A stretch of DNA of 24,023 nucleotides from Candidatus Iainarchaeum sp. GTDB taxonomy: Archaea > Iainarchaeota > Iainarchaeia > Iainarchaeales > 0-14-0-20-34-12. The notes beneath the pieces were generated by a model. That model searched no databases. It saw nothing but the letters and a program-made list of their open reading frames with translations, and was not told the DNA's origin. Made by a program: the position numbers and the translations under genes. Within the stretch, counting starts at the first letter, position 1, and each line of letters starts with the position of its first letter. The DNA lies in assembly GCA_030649345.1 (NCBI GenBank), contig JAUSKK010000001.1, positions 1 to 24,023 of the forward strand, in the 5' to 3' direction. Positions 15,539 to 23,413 of the stretch are shown piece by piece.

Positions 15539-16264
15539 ATGGCTAAACGTATTACATCGCAAAGAATGGGAAAAGGAAGTCCTGCTTTCTGGAATCGCAG
15601 AAAGAATGCCTATACAGCTAAATATCATTCAATCCAAGACTTAAAAGATACGCCTGTAGTACGCGGAGAAGTTGTAGAATTTATTAAAGAAAGTGGACGA
15701 AGTCCTATTGTAGCTAAAGTTGCTTTAGAGAATGGAAACATTCAATACGGTTTAGCTGCTGAAGGACAAGTTTTAGGACAACAAGTATGGTTGGGAGCAG
15801 CCGAAGAAGTAGATATTGGGAATGTTTTATTTTTGAAAAATATTCCAGAAGGATGTCCTATTTTTAATATTGAAAAAAGTTCAGGCGATGGAGGAAAATT
15901 CGTGCGAGCCAGCGGAGAGTTTGCAATTATTGTCATCAAAGAAGACACTACAGCTAAAGTCAAAATGCCTTCCGGAAAAACAATGAATTTACCCTTAAAT
16001 GCCCGTGCAACCATTGGATGTGTTTGCGGTGGAGAACGAGTCGATAAACCATTTGTTAAAGCTGGAGCAAAATTTTATTTCAAAAAAACACATATGAAAT
16101 TATGGCCTAGAACTCGAGGAGTAGCCAACAATGCCAGCTCGCATCCATTCGGTGGAGCACAACACCATGTAGGAAAAAGCAAATCGGTAAGCAGACACGC
16201 CCCACCTGGAAGAAAAGTTGGAAATATTGCCAGCCGAAGAACCGGAAGAAAGAAGGGAAGTTAA
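15539..16264 (+). CDS. rpl2: 50S ribosomal protein L2 (uL2)
   Basis: MAKRITSQRMGKGSPAF..., SSHPFGGAQHHVGKSKSVSRHAPPGRKVGNIASRRTGRKKG. ATG 15539 is preferred over the TTG at 15533. Confidence 0.96.
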   Translation: MAKRITSQRMGKGSPAFWNRRKNAYTAKYHSIQDLKDTPVVRGEVVEFIKESGRSPIVAKVALENGNIQYGLAAEGQVLGQQVWLGAAEEVDIGNVLFLKNIPEGCPIFNIEKSSGDGGKFVRASGEFAIIVIKEDTTAKVKMPSGKTMNLPLNARATIGCVCGGERVDKPFVKAGAKFYFKKTHMKLWPRTRGVANNASSHPFGGAQHHVGKSKSVSRHAPPGRKVGNIASRRTGRKKGS

Positions 16265-16274
16265 GGGATTTTAA

Positions 16275-16679
16275 ATGGCGATTAAAGAATTTTTTTATCG
16301 AGGAAAAACAATGGACCAATTATTGGCCATGAGCGTAGAAGACTTTGCGAAAATTGTAACATCCAGAGCGCGAAGAAATTTGTTAAGAAATCGAGATAAA
16401 AAATTTGAAAAAGCATTGGATGGATACAGAGCCAAATACATAGGCACTGTTAAAGATTACAGACCTATTCGAACCCATAACCGAGATGCAGTCGTAATTC
16501 CAAAAATGGTTGGATTAAAGTTAGGAGTTTACAGCGGAAAAGAATTCACACCAGTTGAAATTATGCCAGAAATGTTAGGCCATTGGTTGGGAGAATTTGC
16601 TTTAACTCGAAGAAAAATCAAACACGGAAAAGCCGGAATTGGTGCAACCAAATCCAGTACAGCTATTACAGCCAGATAA
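16275..16679 (+). CDS. rps19: 30S ribosomal protein S19 (uS19)
   Basis: RTHNRDAVVIPKMVGLKLGVYSGKEFTPVEIMPEMLGHWLGEFALTRRKIKHGKAGIGAT. Confidence 0.96.
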   Translation: MAIKEFFYRGKTMDQLLAMSVEDFAKIVTSRARRNLLRNRDKKFEKALDGYRAKYIGTVKDYRPIRTHNRDAVVIPKMVGLKLGVYSGKEFTPVEIMPEMLGHWLGEFALTRRKIKHGKAGIGATKSSTAITAR

Positions 16680-16696
16680 TGAAGGAATGAATGTTT

Positions 16697-17308
16697 ATGA
16701 AAAATGGATATCAAGAACAAATTGATTTACCGAATGTGGCTAAAGCCATGAGCAAAAACAGACCAGTTAGTGTAAAATACGCAACTGAAATTTGCAGAGA
16801 AATTAAAGGAAAACCAGTCCAGAAAGCATTGAATTTTTTGCAAAATGTTATTGATCAAAAAGATTATTTGCCTATGCGAAAGTTTGTACGAAACATTCCG
16901 CACAGAAAAGGACAATCCAAATCGCATGTAAAATCTGGACGATTTCCAGTCAAAGCATGCAAAGCATTTATTGAATTAATTAATAGTGCTAAACACAATG
17001 CTGAACAAAAAGGATTGAATGAACAAACCTTAATGGTAAGACATGCTTTTGCCAGTTATGGATTCAAACGACAATTCATGCAAGGCAAAGGACATATTGG
17101 CGGAAAAAGCAGAGAACATAAATCAGCCCATATTGAAGTTATTTTACAAGAAATGGCAGGTATTCAAAAACAAGCAGTCAAAACAGTGGCACCCGCAGTA
17201 AAAAAAACAGCTGAAAAAGTAATCACTGTGCCTGAAACAACAACTCCAATAATAGAGTCCAAAAAAGAAATCAAAAAAACAAAAGCAAAAAAAGGTGTGT
17301 CTAAGTGA
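16697..17308 (+). CDS. rpl22: 50S ribosomal protein L22 (uL22) with a Lys-rich C-terminal extension
   Basis: PVSVKYATEICREIKGKPVQKALNFLQNVI..., RFPVKACKAFIELINSAKHNAE. I chose ATG 16697 because AAGGAATGA-N6-ATG has the same spacing as at the L32e start. The in-frame ATG at 16691 (ORF track) is an alternative. Confidence 0.92.
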   Translation: MKNGYQEQIDLPNVAKAMSKNRPVSVKYATEICREIKGKPVQKALNFLQNVIDQKDYLPMRKFVRNIPHRKGQSKSHVKSGRFPVKACKAFIELINSAKHNAEQKGLNEQTLMVRHAFASYGFKRQFMQGKGHIGGKSREHKSAHIEVILQEMAGIQKQAVKTVAPAVKKTAEKVITVPETTTPIIESKKEIKKTKAKKGVSK

Positions 17309-18024
17309 TTGAACGAACATTTATTGAAGAAGCCATGAAAAAAATCAGCTTAGAAAATTATTTAAAAACACAATTAGATAAAGCAGGATTCACTGGCTTG
17401 AGTATTACGAAAACACCTTTGGTTACACGAATTGTATTGAATGTAACTAGACCTGGTTTAGCTATTGGAAAAGGCGGAAAAAATATTCGAAATATGACTA
17501 AAGAAATAGAGGAAACGTACAAAATTACAAATCCGCAAATTGAAATCAATGAAATTCGAAATCCAGAATTAGATTCAAAGGCCATGGTCGACAAAGTCAT
17601 TGGATTATTGGAACGCGGTTATTCTTGGAGAAGTGTAACTTACAAAACAGTTGAAGATATTATCAATGCCGGAGCCCAAGGAGTTGAGCTTGTAATTCGA
17701 GGAAAACTCAGCGGAAAAGGCGGACGAAAAATGAAACAAAGAATTGCCAAAGGATACATGAAAAAAGCCGGAGGACTAACCAGTTTGGTAGATTATGCCA
17801 AAGGAAGTGCTTACCCTAAAGCCGGAGCCATTGGAGTAAAATTAAGAATCATTCGGCCCGGAATTCAATTCCCAGACAAAATTGATATTGAACAAATCTT
17901 AAAAGACAATCAACGCAAACAAAAAGAAGCAGCTGAAAAAGGAACTGAAGAAAAAAAAGAACCTGAAATCCAAGCAACTGAAACTGTAATTACAGAAGAT
18001 ACCAAAAGCGGTGAAGCTCAATGA
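17305..18024 (+). CDS. rps3: 30S ribosomal protein S3 (uS3)
   Basis: The GTG start overlaps the L22 TGA (GTGA) and is preceded by AAAGGTGTG. KH motif LAIGKGGKNIRNMTKEIEE, then RGKLSGKGGRKMKQRIAKGYMKKAG. Confidence 0.95.
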   Translation: MIERTFIEEAMKKISLENYLKTQLDKAGFTGLSITKTPLVTRIVLNVTRPGLAIGKGGKNIRNMTKEIEETYKITNPQIEINEIRNPELDSKAMVDKVIGLLERGYSWRSVTYKTVEDIINAGAQGVELVIRGKLSGKGGRKMKQRIAKGYMKKAGGLTSLVDYAKGSAYPKAGAIGVKLRIIRPGIQFPDKIDIEQILKDNQRKQKEAAEKGTEEKKEPEIQATETVITEDTKSGEAQ

Positions 18025-18335
18025 AAGTACACGAAGTTCGAGAATTAAACAATGAACAAGCTGTTGAAAAAATCAGGGAATTTAGAACAGAAATTGCACG
18101 CGAACGCGCATTACAATCATCGGGAAGTAAACCAGAAAACCCAGGAAGAATTGGAGCATTGAAAAAAAACATTGCACGCATATTAACCATACTGCATGAA
18201 CGAACTTTGAATCCAAGTACAGAAATCAAAACTGAAAAAAAAGAAACCAAAGTCAAAGTTTCAACAGCAGTACCTAAAAAAGAAACCAAACCAAAAGCAA
18301 AGAAAGTTCAAAAAAAGAAAGGAAAGGAGGAATAA
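18021..18335 (+). CDS. rpl29: 50S ribosomal protein L29 (uL29) with a Lys-rich C-terminal extension
   Basis: ATGA overlap with the S3 stop. VHEVRELNNEQAVEKIREFRTEIARERA...IGALKKNIARILTILHER is followed by a tail of about 40 aa rich in K, E and T. Confidence 0.92.
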   Translation: MKVHEVRELNNEQAVEKIREFRTEIARERALQSSGSKPENPGRIGALKKNIARILTILHERTLNPSTEIKTEKKETKVKVSTAVPKKETKPKAKKVQKKKGKEE

Positions 18336-18341
18336 GCGAAA

Positions 18342-18650
18342 ATGGCAGCCAATTTTTGCATGATTTGCGGTCAACCCAAAGAACTCTGTATTTGCGGAGA
18401 GATTGCAAAGGAAACCGAAAAAATAAAAATTCGAGTCAATTATCGCAGATTCGGAAAAACAGTGACCACAGTCACAGGATTGGATGACCTAAAACGATTG
18501 CAGGAATTGGAAAAAATTTTGAAAAGAAAATTAGCCTGCGGTGGAACTCTCAAAGACAAAGTAATTGAATTGCAAGGAGACCACAAAGAAAAAGCAAAAG
18601 AAATTTTGTTAAAAGAAGGATACAAAGATGAATTAGTTGAAATTGATTGA
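18342..18650 (+). CDS. Translation initiation factor aIF1 (SUI1 family)
   Basis: [43 protein letters not shown]...[24 protein letters not shown] lies upstream. The L29-SUI1-Rpp29 order is typical of archaea. Confidence 0.93.
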   Translation: MAANFCMICGQPKELCICGEIAKETEKIKIRVNYRRFGKTVTTVTGLDDLKRLQELEKILKRKLACGGTLKDKVIELQGDHKEKAKEILLKEGYKDELVEID

Positions 18651-18967
18651 TGATTATGAAAAGATATACAATTACTCAAGAAAATTTTCCAGCCCATGAA
18701 TGGATTGGCTTGCAAGCACAAATAGTCAGTAGTTTGGATATTGGCTTGAAAGGAATAACTGGAAAAATTATAGATGAAACAAAAAACACACTAGCAGTTG
18801 AAACTAAAAAAGGAGTAAAAATTATTCCCAAAAAAGGAAGCAAACTCAAGTTTACCATTAGCCCAAAAGACCAAGTAACATTTGATTGCAGTTTAATGGA
18901 AGAACGACCTGAAGAAAGAACTAAAATATTTTACAAAAAATTTCATAAAAAAAATTGGGTGAATTAA
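18650..18967 (+). CDS. rnp1: RNase P protein component 1 (Rpp29/Pop4 family)
   Basis: HEWIGLQAQIVSSLDIGLKGITGKIIDETKNTLAVET...IIPKKGSKLKF matches the Rpp29 Sm-like core. The slot between SUI1 and S17 is conserved. The start is ambiguous: TTG 18647, ATG 18650 or ATG 18656. Confidence 0.88.
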   Translation: MIMKRYTITQENFPAHEWIGLQAQIVSSLDIGLKGITGKIIDETKNTLAVETKKGVKIIPKKGSKLKFTISPKDQVTFDCSLMEERPEERTKIFYKKFHKKNWVN

Positions 18968-18969
18968 AA

Positions 18970-19272
18970 ATGACGACTGAATGTAAAGACACTAAGTGTG
19001 CAGTTCACGGAAGCTTAAAAGTCCGAGGAAATGTATTCACAGTCAAAGTAGTCAATGCCAAAGCCAGCAAAACAGTTACAGTTGAACGAGACTTAATTGA
19101 ATTCATCCCAAAATACGAACGATACTTAAAGAAACGATCCAGAATGCACGCCCATAACCCAGACTGCATTGCAGCCAAAGAAGGAGATATTGTTCGAATA
19201 GGAGAAACTCGAAGATTAAGCAGAACCAAAGGATTCGCAATTATTGAAAAAATTGGAGAACAAAAAAAGTGA
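18970..19272 (+). CDS. rps17: 30S ribosomal protein S17 (uS17)
   Basis: MTTECKDTKCAVHGSLKVRGNVFTVKVVNAKASKTVTVERD...EGDIVRIGETRRLSRTKGFAII. ATG 18970 lies 7 nt after GGGTGA. The TTG at 18955 in the ORF track is less likely. Confidence 0.94.
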   Translation: MTTECKDTKCAVHGSLKVRGNVFTVKVVNAKASKTVTVERDLIEFIPKYERYLKKRSRMHAHNPDCIAAKEGDIVRIGETRRLSRTKGFAIIEKIGEQKK

Positions 19273-19278
19273 TTTTAA

Positions 19279-19677
19279 ATGCAGGCCGTAAACGCATTTC
19301 CAGTACGAGGATTAAACCAAAAAACACGATTAACGTGTGCTGACAATAGTGGAGCTAAAGAAGTAGCCATTATCAGTGTACTGAAATACAAAAGCAGAAA
19401 AAGACAATCCCCAAAAGCAGGAATTGGAGATTTATTAAATGTAGTTGTCAAAAAAGGAAAACCTGAAATCCGAAAAAAAGTAGAACGCGCCATTGTAATT
19501 CGAGTCAAAAAAGAATACAGACGAAGTGATGGAACTCGAATTAAATTTGAAGACAATGCTGTAGTTTTAGTAGATGACAAAGGCGGTCCAAAAGCCAGTG
19601 AAGTCAAAGGAGTTATGGCCAAAGAAGCAGCCGAACGATGGCCAAAAATTGCAGGTTTGGCTTCGCAGATAGTATAA
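19279..19677 (+). CDS. rpl14: 50S ribosomal protein L14 (uL14)
   Basis: TRLTCADNSGAKEVAIISV..., IKFEDNAVVLVDDKGGPKASEVKGVMAKE. Confidence 0.96.
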   Translation: MQAVNAFPVRGLNQKTRLTCADNSGAKEVAIISVLKYKSRKRQSPKAGIGDLLNVVVKKGKPEIRKKVERAIVIRVKKEYRRSDGTRIKFEDNAVVLVDDKGGPKASEVKGVMAKEAAERWPKIAGLASQIV

Positions 19678-19689
19678 GGTGAAATAATT

Positions 19690-20088
19690 ATGAATATGAT
19701 TCAATCCGGAAAACCCAGCAGTCAAAGAAAATTTTTTTACAGCAAACCCTTGCATTTGGCAAAAAAGAATTTGTCCAGTCATTTAAGCAAAGAATTGCGA
19801 GAAAAATTTGGAGTACGCGCATTTACATTGCATAAAGGAGATACTGTAGAAATTATGCGGGGTTCCTTTAAAGGAAAAAAAGGAAAAGTTCATACAGTAA
19901 ATTATTCTCAAAAAAATGTTATTGTAGAAGGAATTGTTCGAAAAAAAGTTTCCGGACAAGAAGTTGCCGTGCCATTGCAGGCCAGTAATTTACGCTTAAT
20001 GGAATTGGAATTAACCGATAAAAAAAGAATTGAAAGCTTGGAACGAAAAGGAAAACATAAAAAAACAGAAAACAAAGGTGAAAAGTAA
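19690..20088 (+). CDS. rpl24: 50S ribosomal protein L24 (uL24)
   Basis: KOW motif LHKGDTVEIMRGSFKGKKGKVHTV. GGTGA lies 7 nt upstream of the ATG. Confidence 0.94.
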   Translation: MNMIQSGKPSSQRKFFYSKPLHLAKKNLSSHLSKELREKFGVRAFTLHKGDTVEIMRGSFKGKKGKVHTVNYSQKNVIVEGIVRKKVSGQEVAVPLQASNLRLMELELTDKKRIESLERKGKHKKTENKGEK

Positions 20089-20777
20089 TGTCTCGAATAG
20101 CAGGAAAAGGAATTGAAAAACGCTTAACCAGTCCTAGAATCATGAAAATTAAACGAAAAACTGAACCGTTTTCCATTAAAGGAAAACCTGGGCCTCATGC
20201 ACGAAACAAAAGCGCTCCTTTGGGTTTTGTGATTCGGGATTTATTAAACATAGCCAGCACGCTTAAAGAAGTGAAAAATATTTTAAACAATGGAAAAGTT
20301 CAAGTCAATGGACAAATAGAACACAGTTATCGCTTGCCCATTGGATTATTTGACATGATTACAGTATCTGAACTCAAGAAAAAATACCGAATGATCTTAG
20401 ACAGAAAAGGACGCTTAGAAACAGAAGAAATAGATGAAAAAACAGGAAATGAAAAATACTGCAAAGTCATTGGAAAAAGAATGATTCATGGAAAAAAAAT
20501 GGAATTAACTACAGACGATGGAAGAACTTTTCCTGCAGATAACAAAATTAGTGTAGGCGACACCATTAAAGTACAATTACCTGGACAAAAAATAATGAAA
20601 ACAATTAAAATGGAAAAAGGAAAACAAGCCTACGTAGTTTCCGGAAAACACGCTGGAAAAACAGTAAAGATTTTAGAAGTCATTCAAGGAACCATTCAAA
20701 AAGAAAAATTGGTTTCATTACAAGATGGAAAAAATACGTTAGAAACATTAGCAGAAAATATTATTGCAATTGAATAA
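20088..20777 (+). CDS. rps4e: 30S ribosomal protein S4e (eS4)
   Basis: The ATG overlaps the L24 TAA by 1 nt. KGKPGPHARNKSAPLGFVIRDLL, GKVQVNGQIEHSYRLPIGLFDMITV. Archaea/eukaryote-specific protein. Confidence 0.95.
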   Translation: MSRIAGKGIEKRLTSPRIMKIKRKTEPFSIKGKPGPHARNKSAPLGFVIRDLLNIASTLKEVKNILNNGKVQVNGQIEHSYRLPIGLFDMITVSELKKKYRMILDRKGRLETEEIDEKTGNEKYCKVIGKRMIHGKKMELTTDDGRTFPADNKISVGDTIKVQLPGQKIMKTIKMEKGKQAYVVSGKHAGKTVKILEVIQGTIQKEKLVSLQDGKNTLETLAENIIAIE

Positions 20778-20788
20778 GGTGAACAAAA

Positions 20789-21304
20789 ATGGAAAACAAC
20801 CCAATGAAGGAAATTTTTATCGGAAAAGTCACAGTCAACATGGGTGTCGGAAAATCCGGTGAAGAACTGGAACGAGCTAAAAAAATAATGGAAATTATTA
20901 CAACTCGAAAACCAGTGGAAACTATAGCCAAAGTCAAATTACCGAAATGTGATATTCGACCTGGTTTGCCGATTGGAATTAAAGTAACCATTCGAAAACA
21001 AACTGCTGAAGAATTTTTGAAAAAAGCATTTTCAACCAAAAACAACAAAATTTCAAATAAAAATTTTGACAAAAAAGCAGGCAATCTAGGATTTGGAATT
21101 CACGAACATATTGAAATTCCAGGAGTCAAATACGATCCTAAATTAGGAATTCGCGGCCTAGATGTATTGATTACATTAGAACGAAGAGGATACAGAGTTA
21201 AACGAAGAAAATTAAATACTCGATCGGTTGGAAAAAAACACGTAATCACAAAACCAGAAGCCATAGAGTTTATTTCAAAAAAATTCGGAGTGGAAGTCGA
21301 GTGA
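20789..21304 (+). CDS. rpl5: 50S ribosomal protein L5 (uL5)
   Basis: GKVTVNMGVGKSGEELERA..., GFGIHEHIEIPGVKYDPKLGIRGLDVLITLERRGYRVKRRK. Confidence 0.96.
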   Translation: MENNPMKEIFIGKVTVNMGVGKSGEELERAKKIMEIITTRKPVETIAKVKLPKCDIRPGLPIGIKVTIRKQTAEEFLKKAFSTKNNKISNKNFDKKAGNLGFGIHEHIEIPGVKYDPKLGIRGLDVLITLERRGYRVKRRKLNTRSVGKKHVITKPEAIEFISKKFGVEVE

Positions 21305-21444
21305 AAGGATACCAAGACATAAAAGAAAAAGGATGCAAAATTTGTGGAATGCGTGCAGGATTTGTCAGCAAATATCATTTATTCATTTGCCGAAGATGTT
21401 TCAAAGATTTGGCAGAAAATTTAGGGTTTAAAAAATACAATTAA
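21301..21444 (+). CDS. rps14: 30S ribosomal protein S14 type Z (uS14, zinc-binding), 47 aa
   Basis: Missing from the ORF track because it is too short. The GTG start overlaps the L5 TGA (GTGA). My translation: (M)KGYQDIKEKGCKICGMRAGFVSKYHLFICRRCFKDLAENLGFKKYN, with CxxC...CxxC. It holds the canonical L5-S14-S8 slot. Confidence 0.88.
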   Translation: MKGYQDIKEKGCKICGMRAGFVSKYHLFICRRCFKDLAENLGFKKYN

Positions 21445-21468
21445 CGGAGAAAATCAAAAAAAAGAATC

Positions 21469-21499
21469 TGGCCTATCGAGCGCAAGCGAAGATAGGCCA
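21469..21499 (+). other. GC-rich hairpin in the S14-S8 spacer (GCAA tetraloop, GA/GAA internal loop)
   Basis: TGGCCTATC (21469-21477) pairs with GATAGGCCA (21491-21499), a 9-bp perfect stem. The interior GA-GC-GCAA-GC-GAA gives a 2-bp stem capped by a GNRA tetraloop and flanked by purines that could form tandem G-A pairs. A perfect 10-nt palindrome CAACCGGTTG follows at 21506-21515. Confidence 0.6.
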
Positions 21500-21532
21500 A
21501 ACTACCAACCGGTTGAAGGAAAGTGAAAAAAT

Positions 21533-21925
21533 ATGTCATTAAACGATCCAATAGCCAATGCATTAATTTCAATTAAAAATTCAGATAAAGCCGTGCAAGG
21601 ACACTGCTACTGTAAGCCAGCCAGCAAATTATTGGCTCGCATTTTGGAAGTCATGAAAGCCAATGGTTACATTACTCAATTTGAGCGAGTCGATGATCAA
21701 AGAGAAGGAATTTACAAAATTGAATTGGCCGGAAAAATCAATGAAGCTAGGGTCATTAAGCCTCGGCATGCTGTCAAGAAAAACGAATTTGATAAATACG
21801 AAAAAAGATATTTACCCAGCCGAGATATCGGAATTTTGATTGTGTCAACACCCGAAGGAGTGTTAACGCACCGGGAAGTAAAAAGCCGCGGCTTGGGCGG
21901 AAGATTGTTAGCGTATATTTACTAA
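21533..21925 (+). CDS. rps8: 30S ribosomal protein S8 (uS8)
   Basis: MSLNDPIANALISIKNSDKA..., ILIVSTPEGVLTHREVKSRGLGGRLLAYIY. Confidence 0.96.
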   Translation: MSLNDPIANALISIKNSDKAVQGHCYCKPASKLLARILEVMKANGYITQFERVDDQREGIYKIELAGKINEARVIKPRHAVKKNEFDKYEKRYLPSRDIGILIVSTPEGVLTHREVKSRGLGGRLLAYIY

Positions 21926-21937
21926 ACAGGGATATGT

Positions 21938-22474
21938 ATGAAAAATCAAACATTAGAAACAGTATTGGAAATTCCAGAAGGAATTAGCATTCAAGCCAAC
22001 GGCATGACTGTAGAATTGGAAGGAAAAGGAAAAAAGAATTCCAAAACATTTACAGCCCAAGGAGTAACTTTAAGCGTACAAGGAAATCAATTCAAAATTA
22101 CTGCAGCTAGATCTAACAAAAAAGGACTGCGCTTTTCCAACACCATTTATGCGCATGTAAACAACATGATTCAAGGATTGCAAAAAGGATACGAATACAA
22201 ATTAACTGCAGTATATTCTCACTTTCCTATGAATATTCAAGTAAAAGGAAGTACTGTAGAAATTCACAATTTTATTGGACAAAAAGAAATCCGAAAGGCT
22301 AGAATTATGCCTGGAACCGAAGTCAGCATTAAAGGAAAAGATCTAACAGTCAAAGGACATGACTTGGAAGCTGTAGGACAAACAGCAGCCAATATTGAAA
22401 ATGCAACACGATTAACTGGAAAAGACTTGCGAGTCTTTCAAGACGGAGTATATATTCTTAAAGAAAAAAGATAA
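21938..22474 (+). CDS. rpl6: 50S ribosomal protein L6 (uL6)
   Basis: IPEGISIQANGMTVELEGKGKK..., YEYKLTAVYSHFPMNIQVKGSTVEIHNFIGQKEIRKA. Confidence 0.95.
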   Translation: MKNQTLETVLEIPEGISIQANGMTVELEGKGKKNSKTFTAQGVTLSVQGNQFKITAARSNKKGLRFSNTIYAHVNNMIQGLQKGYEYKLTAVYSHFPMNIQVKGSTVEIHNFIGQKEIRKARIMPGTEVSIKGKDLTVKGHDLEAVGQTAANIENATRLTGKDLRVFQDGVYILKEKR

Positions 22475-22488
22475 AGGAATGAATATTT

Positions 22489-22938
22489 ATGGTTGACAAA
22501 AAAGAAACAAAAAACGTTGGAAAAAAAACCAAAAAAAGCGTTCACAAAAAGAAAATCAACAAAAAAGCTGAACTCAAAAAAGTGAAAGCTGTAATTCGAG
22601 GAAAAAGTAAACATTGGTTTAAAGGACGTTTTGGACAAAGACCTTTACGAAGACCCAGCATTGGAAAATGGCAAAAGTGGAGATTTCCACATTCCATTGA
22701 TGCTAACTTCAAAAAAGAAGACGGGCCAACACCCAGTACAGGATGGAGAACACCTAAAAGCATTCGATTTCGGCATCCTTCTGGATTCTACGAAGTCATT
22801 GTAAACAATATTCAACAAGTAGAACAATCGGTTAAAGAAAAACACACCGCAGTACGCATTGGAGCCAATGTAGGAAAAAGAAAACGAATTCAAATCATTG
22901 AAAAAGCCAATGAATTGGGAGTCAAAGTTTTAAATTAA
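22489..22938 (+). CDS. rpl32e: 50S ribosomal protein L32e (eL32) with a Lys-rich N-terminal extension
   Basis: WRTPKSIRFRHPSGFYEVIVNNIQQVE..., VRIGANVGKRKRIQIIEKANELGVKVLN. Archaea/eukaryote-specific protein. Confidence 0.93.
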   Translation: MVDKKETKNVGKKTKKSVHKKKINKKAELKKVKAVIRGKSKHWFKGRFGQRPLRRPSIGKWQKWRFPHSIDANFKKEDGPTPSTGWRTPKSIRFRHPSGFYEVIVNNIQQVEQSVKEKHTAVRIGANVGKRKRIQIIEKANELGVKVLN

Positions 22939-22956
22939 AAAAAAGGTTGAACATTT

Positions 22957-23400
22957 ATGAAGACAGAACGAGCCATTGAACATGCAGCAGAAATTTTGAA
23001 AATTGGAAAAAGCAAAATATTTGTTACTGCCGAAGGCAATACACGCATCCAAGATGCTATTACCAAAGACGATATTCGTACTTTGATTAAAGAAAAATTA
23101 GTTCAAAAAAGAAAAGATGCCGCATTAAGTCATGGACGAGCAAGAATATTGGCTGAAAAAAAAGCCAAAGGAAGAAGACGCGGACTTGGAAAACGAAAAG
23201 GATTGAAAAGCACCCGAATTAACCGGAAAAAAACATGGATGAATTCAGTGCGTGCATTGCGCAGAACTTTACAAGAACTACGAACCTCTAACCCCAAACA
23301 AGTTGAAAAAGCAGGATATCAAAATTTGTACCGAAAAATAAAAGGAAATTATTTTAGAGGAAAAAAATATTTACAAAGATATGTGACAGAAGGAAAATAA
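22957..23400 (+). CDS. rpl19e: 50S ribosomal protein L19e (eL19)
   Basis: DIRTLIKEKLVQKRKDAALSHGRARILAEKKAKGRRRGLGKRKG..., WMNSVRALRRTLQELR. Confidence 0.94.
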   Translation: MKTERAIEHAAEILKIGKSKIFVTAEGNTRIQDAITKDDIRTLIKEKLVQKRKDAALSHGRARILAEKKAKGRRRGLGKRKGLKSTRINRKKTWMNSVRALRRTLQELRTSNPKQVEKAGYQNLYRKIKGNYFRGKKYLQRYVTEGK

Positions 23401-23413
23401 AGGATGAATATTT

